A stretch of DNA of 18,628 bases from contig JBGFRZ010000070.1 in the NCBI GenBank assembly GCA_041694835.1, forward strand, positions 1 to 18,628, read 5' to 3'. Below, piece by piece: positions 1 through 6,485 of the stretch. This stretch comes from Ignavibacteria bacterium. GTDB taxonomy: Bacteria; Elusimicrobiota; Endomicrobiia; PHAN01. The notes beneath the pieces were generated by a model, which made no database searches, was not told the origin of the DNA, and worked only from the letters and a program-made list of their open reading frames with translations. The position numbers and the translations under genes were made by a program. How positions within the stretch are numbered: the first letter of the stretch is position 1; every line of letters starts with the position of its first letter.

Positions 1-70
1 GGCACTTGTATCTACCGTCTTTAAGCCTCCATGCCCAACAGTGAGAACATTGGGGACATTGTCGTTTCAC
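1..70 (-). mobile_element. 5' end of probable IS1595-family transposase (N-terminal Zn ribbon), runs off the window edge
   Basis: Manual translation of the minus strand from GTG at 70 gives MKRQCPQCSHCWAWRLKDGRYKC. The CPxC...W.L.DGR.KC pattern resembles IS1595-type Zn-ribbon N-termini. Not in the ORF track because it is too short. The element end may lie near position 99 (GGACTAAAATTATGCT on the minus strand). Confidence 0.6.
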
Positions 71-147
71 AATGTCTTATTTTAGCATAATTTTAGTCCG
101 TTTTCTTTGGCTATTACCTTATTCTTTGGCACCCCCTTTAATAGCTA

Positions 148-1092
148 TTAAAATCTCAGATTTTTGTTTTTCAGCCCTTTTGAAGTGAATATTTTACCAC
201 CATTGTCGACAACGATACACTCGGCGTTTTTCTGATTTTCAATCAATTTCAATCCATGTTTTGTGCCAAGAACGAAAACTGCGGTAGCGAGCGCGTCGGC
301 GAGCATGCAGCTGTCAGATATAACACTAACGCTCATTAATTCGTCAGCGGGATATCCGGTCTTTGGGTTTATTATGTGATGATATCTCTTCCCGTTTTTT
401 ATGAAAAATCTCTCGTAGTCGCCGCTTGTCACTATACTTTTGTTTTTTAAGGTTAGTATACCCAGAAGTCCATCTTTCTTTCTTGGATGTTGAATTCCTA
501 TCTTCCAGTATTTGTTTCCGAATGCCCGAATATCGCCGCCTGCGTTGACAATCCCGGTTTTAACTCCGTTTTTTTTGAGCGTTTCGACGGCTTTGTCGAC
601 GGCATATCCTTTCGCAAATCCCCCGAGATCTATGCGGACACAAGAATCTTTCAGCAGGGTCCCGTCGGCCAGAGATATTTTCCGATAGCCCGTATTTCGA
701 AGTTTGTATTTTATTTCATCGTTGGTCGGTATTTTATTTTGTTCCTTTATGTCCCATAATTTCACAAGGGGAAAAATTGTCAAATCGAACACCCCCTCCG
801 AAATGGAAGAAATGCCGATGGAAAACAGGATTAAATCGCGTGTCTCACCGTCCACTTTGATTTCTTCAGATTTCGACGAGTTTATTCTAAAAACTTCCGA
901 GCCCTCTTTGTGAGCGCTGAATTTCTTGTCGATGCGCTCCATTTCGTCAAAGGCCTTTTTAACAGCGCTTCCGTGTCGCGCGTGAGTTTTTATCTCAACG
1001 ATTGTGTCCATGATTATTTTCGAATCGGAGGTTGTCATCTGCTCGCCGCATCCGGAAAAAATAATCAGCGTTAAAAGAAGCGGAATATACAT
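148..1092 (-). CDS. apbE: FAD:protein FMN transferase (ApbE family lipoprotein)
   Basis: Lipobox-like IIFSGC; ApbE motifs IDLGGFAKGYAVD, VNAGGDI, TSGDYERF, YHHIINPKTGYP, ADALATA; adjacent to the rnf operon, whose RnfD and RnfG need covalent FMN. Confidence 0.95.
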   Translation of the reverse strand: MYIPLLLTLIIFSGCGEQMTTSDSKIIMDTIVEIKTHARHGSAVKKAFDEMERIDKKFSAHKEGSEVFRINSSKSEEIKVDGETRDLILFSIGISSISEGVFDLTIFPLVKLWDIKEQNKIPTNDEIKYKLRNTGYRKISLADGTLLKDSCVRIDLGGFAKGYAVDKAVETLKKNGVKTGIVNAGGDIRAFGNKYWKIGIQHPRKKDGLLGILTLKNKSIVTSGDYERFFIKNGKRYHHIINPKTGYPADELMSVSVISDSCMLADALATAVFVLGTKHGLKLIENQKNAECIVVDNGGKIFTSKGLKNKNLRF

Positions 1093-1112
1093 AATTTTTG
1101 GTGCGGAAGTAT

Positions 1113-1134
1113 TGAATCCCGCTAACGGGATGAA
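1113..1134. repeat. 14-bp palindromic mini-element (TCCCGCTAACGGGA) flanked by TGAA direct repeats
   Basis: TGAA(1113-1116)-TCCCGCTAACGGGA-TGAA(1131-1134). CTAACGGGATGAA (1122-1134) is identical to 11072-11084. Confidence 0.6.
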
Positions 1135-1226
1135 GTGAGGTTTTTCAACGGTATCAGTGTATCAAAAATTTGACATACAAATCAAAAAGACGCACAGTCA
1201 GATTTTGCATGATTTGATTCGACGGG

Positions 1227-1255
1227 TTGACTATTTTTTAAATAAATTGTATAAT
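1227..1255 (+). promoter_or_regulatory. sigma70-type promoter for the rnf operon
   Basis: TTGACT (1227-1232), 17-bp spacer, TATAAT (1250-1255); ends 12 nt before the rnfC ATG at 1268. Confidence 0.75.
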
Positions 1256-1267
1256 TTTTTCCGGTTT

Positions 1268-2584
1268 ATGGGAAAAGTTAGTTTAAGTTTTTCAGGCGGT
1301 GTTCATCCTCCCGAAAACAAATCAACAGCGGCCGAAAAAATAATTGAAATACCGCTACCAAAAAGGGTCATAATACCTCTGATACAGCATGTTGGCAGTC
1401 AGTCAAAACCGCTCGTGTCTGTCGGCGATGTCGTAAAGAGGGGTCAGAAAATAGCCAGCCCCGGCGGGGACGTATCTTCATCCATTCACTCATCAATTTC
1501 GGGAAAAGTTTCAGCCATTGTTCCGTGGATGCATCCTGTCCTATTAAAACCGTCTGAATCTATAATTATAGAATCTGACGGCGAGGATGTTTCCGAAGCG
1601 CCGCAACTAAACTTCTCCGATTACGTAAGACATTCGAGAGACGAGCTTAAAAAATTCATAATGGAATCCGGCATCGTCGGACTTGGTGGGGCGTGTTTCC
1701 CGACTCACATAAAGCTCTCGCCTCCAAAGGGGACGGAAATCGATTATCTCATCTTAAACGGTTGCGAGTGCGAACCATATCTTACCTGTGACGATGCGCT
1801 CATGAAGGAAAAAGCAAAAGAAATAATTGAAGGTATTAAGGCGACAATGTTCATTCTTGACGCTTATCAATCTATAATTGCCATAGAGGAAAACAAAAAG
1901 GAAGCAATAAAAACACTCAAAGAAATAGCTTTTAATGAACCCAACATAACAGTTTTGCCGCTTCCCGTGAAATATCCCCAAGGCGCCGAAAAGCAACTCA
2001 TCAAAGCGACCACCGATAGGGAAGTGCCGACGGGAGGATTGCCTTTTAATGTGGGCGTCGTTGTCCAAAATGTCGCAACCACTTATGCGATTTTCAACGC
2101 TATAAAAAATGGAATTCCTCTCTATGAAAGAGTTTTAACTGTAAGCGGAGATGCAGTCAAAACCCCCGGGAACTACAAAGTTAGAATAGGAACGCTTCTC
2201 TCTGAACTTTTGGATTTTTGCGGCGGTGTCGACGAATCAATATCTAAAATTGTGACGGGCGGTCCTATGATGGGTCTTGCTCAGGGCTCCCTTGAGGTTC
2301 CTGTAGTCAAAGGAATATCCGGCGTTCTGTGTATGAATGATTTACTTTCGTCGGAGTTTCTAAACTGCATACGATGTTCAAAATGCGTCATGGTCTGTCC
2401 GATGAATCTGCTCCCGAACATGCTCAGCGTTTATGCGGAAAAAGAACTCTATAGTAAAACGCAGGATTATTATCCGCTTGATTGCATAGAATGCGGATGC
2501 TGCTCCTATGTGTGTCCTTCAAAACGCCCGATAGTTGCACAGATAAAATTGTCCAAGGCATATTTATGTTCAAAAAAAACCTGA
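1268..2584 (+). CDS. rnfC: Rnf electron transport complex subunit C
   Basis: FSGGVHPPENK N-terminus, GIVGLGGACFPTHIK, NGCECEPYLTCD, KYPQGAEKQLI, GGPMMG and two 4Fe-4S motifs (CIRCSKCVMVCP, CIECGCCSYVCP). Start moved from the ORF-track GTG 1157 to ATG 1268 because the promoter lies in between. Confidence 0.95.
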   Translation: MGKVSLSFSGGVHPPENKSTAAEKIIEIPLPKRVIIPLIQHVGSQSKPLVSVGDVVKRGQKIASPGGDVSSSIHSSISGKVSAIVPWMHPVLLKPSESIIIESDGEDVSEAPQLNFSDYVRHSRDELKKFIMESGIVGLGGACFPTHIKLSPPKGTEIDYLILNGCECEPYLTCDDALMKEKAKEIIEGIKATMFILDAYQSIIAIEENKKEAIKTLKEIAFNEPNITVLPLPVKYPQGAEKQLIKATTDREVPTGGLPFNVGVVVQNVATTYAIFNAIKNGIPLYERVLTVSGDAVKTPGNYKVRIGTLLSELLDFCGGVDESISKIVTGGPMMGLAQGSLEVPVVKGISGVLCMNDLLSSEFLNCIRCSKCVMVCPMNLLPNMLSVYAEKELYSKTQDYYPLDCIECGCCSYVCPSKRPIVAQIKLSKAYLCSKKT

Positions 2585-3501
2585 GCGTTTCGCCCGCTCC
2601 TCACATACACAGCGGCATGAGTGTTACGAAAGTCATGTGTGATGTAATAATAGCGTTAGTTCCGGCTGTTGCTGCATCGGTCTATTTCTTCGGCTATTAT
2701 GTAATTTTGATAGTCGTTGTTTCTGTGGCGTCTTGCACTTTATCCGAATATGTTTGGCAAAAGCATGTAATAAAGACTCCTTCATCCGTCGGAGATATGA
2801 GCGCCGTTTTAACTGGATGTCTGCTGGCGCTTACCCTTCCTCCGACTTTACCTCTTTGGCAGGTTGCCGTCGGTGGATTTTTCAGCGTTATCTTCGCGAA
2901 ACAAGTTTTTGGAGGCATTGGTCACAACCCTTTCAATCCTGCTCTTATGGGCAGGGCGTTTTTGCAGATTGCATGGCCGAAAGAGATGATTACATGGCTC
3001 ACTCCGCACAACTTGTCTATTACTTCAGCAACACCACTTGAAGCATCAAAACTTAACCAAACGCCTCTTCCGTCATATTCGGATTTATTTTTTGGGAATG
3101 TGTCGGGAAGTTTGGGAGAGACATCGGCATTTGCGATTCTTATTGGGGCGGTTTATCTCATATTCCGCGGGCAGATTAAAATGACGATACCTCTTTCGTA
3201 TATTGTTGGCGTGGCGATGGTTTCAGCAGCTTACGGTAAAGATGTTTTATTCCAACTGCTTGCCGGGGGTTTAATGCTTGGCGCATTTTTTATGGCGACG
3301 GATCCTGTGACCGCTCCAACGACCAAAAAGGGAATGTTTATTTTCGGCATCGGTTGCGGTCTTCTTACCGCTCTGATAAGATTCAGGGGTGGTTTTCCCG
3401 AGGGTGTTTGTTTTTCTATTCTTATAATGAATATGACCGTTCCCATAATAGACAGATTGACGATACCAAAGCCGTTTGGATTTAGGAAAAGGGCTCAATG
3501 A
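2566..3501 (+). CDS. rnfD: Rnf complex subunit D
   Basis: SPAPHIH start, KQVFGGIGHNPFNPA, FMN site TSATPL, GSLGETS, FFMATDPVT, PEGVCFSILIMN; ATG 2566 overlaps the rnfC end. Confidence 0.95.
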   Translation: MFKKNLSVSPAPHIHSGMSVTKVMCDVIIALVPAVAASVYFFGYYVILIVVVSVASCTLSEYVWQKHVIKTPSSVGDMSAVLTGCLLALTLPPTLPLWQVAVGGFFSVIFAKQVFGGIGHNPFNPALMGRAFLQIAWPKEMITWLTPHNLSITSATPLEASKLNQTPLPSYSDLFFGNVSGSLGETSAFAILIGAVYLIFRGQIKMTIPLSYIVGVAMVSAAYGKDVLFQLLAGGLMLGAFFMATDPVTAPTTKKGMFIFGIGCGLLTALIRFRGGFPEGVCFSILIMNMTVPIIDRLTIPKPFGFRKRAQ

Positions 3502-3505
3502 ATTG

Positions 3506-4033
3506 ATGAATAAACCGAACTATTTCAAGTATGGTTTTACATTGTTTATTGTCTGTGCGATTTCTGCTCTTGGCGTGACATTTGTTTATTTAAACACAAA
3601 AACGGAGATTATAAGAACTCAAGAGTTGAGAATTAAGCAAATGCAAAAAAAGTTGCTTCCCTCAGCCACATCGTTTATGGAAATTACAAAAACCATCACA
3701 GAGTGCTTTGATGAACATGGAAATTCGATTGGGCACATTGTTTTTGAAAACCCTCAAGGCTACGGCGGATTAATAGAGATGGCTGTCGGTATTGATAAAA
3801 AAAGGGAAATCGTCGGGCTCAAAATCCTGAAACACAAAGAAACGCCGGGACTTGGAACAAGAGTTTTTAGAGATGATTTTCTCGGAGCATTTTTGTCGCT
3901 TGGAACAACTGAACAGATATTTCTTAAAAAAGATGACCCAAGAGGCATAATAGACGCTATTACCGGGGCTACTGCCACCTCAAGAGCCGTAACGCAAGGC
4001 GTCAGAGAGGCAGTGGAAAAAGTGAAAGAGTGA
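3506..4033 (+). CDS. rnfG: Rnf complex subunit G (FMN-binding)
   Basis: Single N-terminal TM helix, GYGG, HKETPGLG, flavinylation motif DAITGATATS. Confidence 0.92.
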   Translation: MNKPNYFKYGFTLFIVCAISALGVTFVYLNTKTEIIRTQELRIKQMQKKLLPSATSFMEITKTITECFDEHGNSIGHIVFENPQGYGGLIEMAVGIDKKREIVGLKILKHKETPGLGTRVFRDDFLGAFLSLGTTEQIFLKKDDPRGIIDAITGATATSRAVTQGVREAVEKVKE

Positions 4034-4168
4034 AAAAGTAGCAGTCGCATTGTTATGCGATGTCGTTGAGATTGAATTGCTATTCGCCAAATTCCTATTC
4101 GTGATTCGTGGCTCGTTGTTCGTGGTTTGTTTCCTCCAGTCACCGGTCACAAGCCACTAGTCACCAAT
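4012..4168. repeat. Repeat-rich rnfG-rnfE spacer: 8-mer array over the rnfG stop, small hairpin, and inverted 7-mer array element (copy A)
   Basis: AGTGGAAAA-AGTGAAAG-AGTGAAAA-AGTAGCAG (4012-4044); hairpin TCGCAT-TGTT-ATGCGA (4045-4060); TTCGTGA TTCGTGG CTCGTTG TTCGTGG (4098-4125), core, CAGTCAC CGGTCAC AAGCCAC TAGTCAC (4137-4164). Confidence 0.8.
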
Positions 4169-4171
4169 ATT

Positions 4172-4831
4172 ATGTTAAAGAAAACACTTTTGAACGGCAT
4201 AATTGAAGAAAATCCGATAATGATTCTTATGATAGGGCTCTGCCCTGTCCTCGCATGCTCCTCTAGCGCTACCGATGCTCTCGGTATGGGGGTTGCTGCG
4301 ACTTTTGTCCTTTTATGCTCGAATATAATGATATCTATGGTAAGAAAACTAATCCCGGATGAGATACGAATTCCTATATTTATAGTTGTAATAGCGACAT
4401 TTGTTACGATAGTAGACTATGTTTTGCAGGGATATTTCCCCTCGCTTAGTACGAGTTTGGGAGTTTTTGTGCCGCTTATTGTTGTAAACTGCGTCATACT
4501 TGGTCGAGCGGAGGCGTTCGCATATAAAAATTCAGTTTTTCTCTCAGCTCTCGACGGAATTAGTATGGGAATCGGCTTTACGCTCGGGATTGTGGTTCTT
4601 GGCATTTTTAGAGAGTTTCTTGGCAGCGGCACACTATTTAATATCCAAACATTCATGAAAAATCCCGCCACGCTCTTCATTCTCCCTCCGGGAGCGTTCA
4701 TAGGCATAGGAATCCTTGTCTCGCTGTGGCAGTATCTCAAAAAATCAACCGCATCTGCAAAGGCATCACCCTGCCAAAGTTGTGGTATGGCGGCCGTGTG
4801 TTTCAAAAATAACTCAAGGGGAAGCAAATGA
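4172..4831 (+). CDS. rnfE: Rnf complex subunit E
   Basis: ENPIMILMIGLCPVLA, IRIPIFIVVIATFVT, PLIVVNCVILGRAEAFA, LPPGAF. ATG 4172 chosen because the upstream ORF extension is translated repeat DNA. Confidence 0.95.
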   Translation: MLKKTLLNGIIEENPIMILMIGLCPVLACSSSATDALGMGVAATFVLLCSNIMISMVRKLIPDEIRIPIFIVVIATFVTIVDYVLQGYFPSLSTSLGVFVPLIVVNCVILGRAEAFAYKNSVFLSALDGISMGIGFTLGIVVLGIFREFLGSGTLFNIQTFMKNPATLFILPPGAFIGIGILVSLWQYLKKSTASAKASPCQSCGMAAVCFKNNSRGSK

Positions 4832-5418
4832 ATTTTCTCAATTTATTTTCAATATTCCTCGGCGCCCTTCTCATAAATAACATAATACTGATGAGATTTA
4901 TCGGGCTTTGCTCTTTTTTTGGCGTCTCGGACCGCCTTAAAAACTCATTCGGGATGAGCGCCGCAGTGTTTTTCGTTATGACGCTTGCCACTATCGTCAG
5001 TTGGCCGGTTTATCAGTTTGTTTTAAAGCCGCTTAACGTAGAATTCTTGAGAACGGTTTCCTTCATATTGATAATCGCATCGTTAGTCCAGCTCGTGGAG
5101 ATTTTTATGAAAAAATACTTTAAACATTTATATAGAGCGCTCGGAATTTATCTTCCTCTCATCACCACAAACTGCGCGATACTTGCTGTTGCTTTTCTCA
5201 ACATTGATTATAAATACACCATATTAGAGGCAATTGTTTATACATGGGGCGTCGCTGCCGGATATACTCTGGCGATAATTCTGTTTGCCTCGGTCAGGGA
5301 GCGACTTGTTTTGGCCCCGATACCTAAATTTATTGAGGGTTATCCCGTGGTTTTATTTACGGCGGCAATGATGTCCATAGCATTTATGGGTTTTACGGGA
5401 CTCTTCGGAATAAGATGA
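4828..5418 (+). CDS. rnfA: Rnf complex subunit A
   Basis: NNIILMRFIGLCSFFGVS, FILIIASLVQLVE, LGIYLPLITTNCAIL, MSIAFMGF; ATGA overlap with rnfE. Confidence 0.95.
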   Translation: MNFLNLFSIFLGALLINNIILMRFIGLCSFFGVSDRLKNSFGMSAAVFFVMTLATIVSWPVYQFVLKPLNVEFLRTVSFILIIASLVQLVEIFMKKYFKHLYRALGIYLPLITTNCAILAVAFLNIDYKYTILEAIVYTWGVAAGYTLAIILFASVRERLVLAPIPKFIEGYPVVLFTAAMMSIAFMGFTGLFGIR

Positions 5419-5419
5419 T

Positions 5420-6223
5420 ATGGAAACATTGATAAACGGCATTGTGTTTTTAGGTGGGGCGGGACTTCTTTTCGGATTGGGTTTAAGTTATGTGGCGAGA
5501 AAATTTGCAACGCCCCTAAACCCTATCGAGGAATCCCTCATAAAAATCCTACCCGGCGCAAATTGCGGGGCGTGTGGATTCCCGGGTTGTGGTGCATATG
5601 CTGAATCACTTGCAGTTGGTCAGAGTGAACCCGGCAGGTGTCCTGTAATATCTCCGGAAGTCAATAAAGATATCTCAAAGATTCTCGGAAAAGAGATTTT
5701 TGAAACTGGCAGAAAAACAGCGGTTATATTTTGTGGAGGTGGACTGAACTGCAAGGATAAATTTTCATACGACGGCATATATGATTGCGCCATAGCTTCG
5801 AATTATTTCGGCGGCGAGAAGGAATGCGAGTGGGGATGTCTCGCCTTTGGGACATGCTCAAAGGTCTGTGCTTTTGGGGCGATTACATGGGAAAAAGGAA
5901 AGGTCCCGGTTATTGATATAGATAAATGCACCGCGTGTGGATTATGCGTGAAGGCCTGTCCAAAAAAAATAATACACCTTCAAAAGTGTCAATTCAACTT
6001 TCATATAATGTGCTCCTCGCGGGATAAAGGTGCGAGAGTAAGGCAGATATGCAAGCCCGGCTGCATCGGATGCGGCATTTGTGTGAAAATATGTCCGAAA
6101 AATGATATAATGATGGAAAACAATCTGGCGTCTATGAAATACAACGTCTGCGACAACTGTGGTTTTTGCGAGCAGAAATGCCCGACAAAAAGTATTGTCA
6201 AAAATAAGAAGTTTGAGAGTTAA
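5420..6223 (+). CDS. rnfB: Rnf complex subunit B (polyferredoxin)
   Basis: N-terminal TM helix, LPGANCGACGFPGC, multiple CxxCxxCxxxCP motifs. Confidence 0.95.
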   Translation: METLINGIVFLGGAGLLFGLGLSYVARKFATPLNPIEESLIKILPGANCGACGFPGCGAYAESLAVGQSEPGRCPVISPEVNKDISKILGKEIFETGRKTAVIFCGGGLNCKDKFSYDGIYDCAIASNYFGGEKECEWGCLAFGTCSKVCAFGAITWEKGKVPVIDIDKCTACGLCVKACPKKIIHLQKCQFNFHIMCSSRDKGARVRQICKPGCIGCGICVKICPKNDIMMENNLASMKYNVCDNCGFCEQKCPTKSIVKNKKFES

Positions 6224-6360
6224 AGAGTTTAGGAATTAGAGAGTTGAAGAAAGTGGGTAGTGAGCGGCGGCTTGTGGCTGGATGAAACAAACCACGAACA
6301 ACAAGTCACAAGCAACGAGCCGCGGGCGAACTCCTCAACTCCGAAACCGCACAACTCTTA
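6212..6360. repeat. Nested inverted tandem-repeat cassette: 8-mer arms enclosing the 7-mer element (copy B)
   Basis: Left 8-mers TTTGAGAG TTAAAGAG TTTAGGAA TTAGAGAG TTGAAGAA (6212-6251). Inner GTGGGTA GTGAGCG GCGGCTT GTGGCTG, then GATGAAACAA, then ACCACGA ACAACAA GTCACAA GCAACGA GCCGCGG (6253-6325). Right 8-mers AACTCCTC AACTCCGA AACCGCAC AACTCTTA (6329-6360). Confidence 0.85.
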
Positions 6361-6363
6361 ATA

Positions 6364-6437
6364 ACGCACACCGACTGATTTGTTCAGGGTTCCCCTATTT
6401 TACATCGGGGCCTGGACGGATATGACAGCGGTGGAGG
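6364..6437 (+). ncRNA. rpsB 5' leader (t44-type ribosomal protein S2 autoregulatory RNA)
   Basis: Pattern CACAC...GGGT..CCCC...GGGG...GTGGAGG upstream of rpsB. Stems CACCG-A-CTG/CAG-CGGTG (6369-6377/6426-6433), GTTCAGG/CCTGGAC (6382-6388/6411-6417) and CCCC/GGGG. Confidence 0.8.
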
Positions 6438-6485
6438 AAGCCGTCGCCTCATCGGCGGTAGGCAAAAAACAAAGGAGGAAGTTGT

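Noticed and set aside
1141-1155. TTTTTCAACGGTATC as an inverted partner of the putative IS end at 18510 (12 of 15 match)
   Set aside because: The match is short and A/T-rich, and it would bracket 17 kb of core genes, so chance is more likely.
1158-1185. TTGACA at 1170-1175 and imperfect palindrome TGTATCAAAAATTTGACATACA as a promoter or FNR/Rex operator
   Set aside because: There is no -10 at the proper spacing, and the spacing and sequence do not fit FNR (TTGAT-N4-ATCAA) or Rex (TTGTGAA-N4-TTCACAA). It cannot be assigned.
1157-1267. N-terminal extension of RnfC from GTG 1157 (likewise the ORF-track extensions of rnfD, rnfG, rnfE, dxr, greA and the AmmeMemo fusion)
   Set aside because: The extensions cover promoter, repeat or upstream-gene sequence, and family similarity starts at the downstream ATG.
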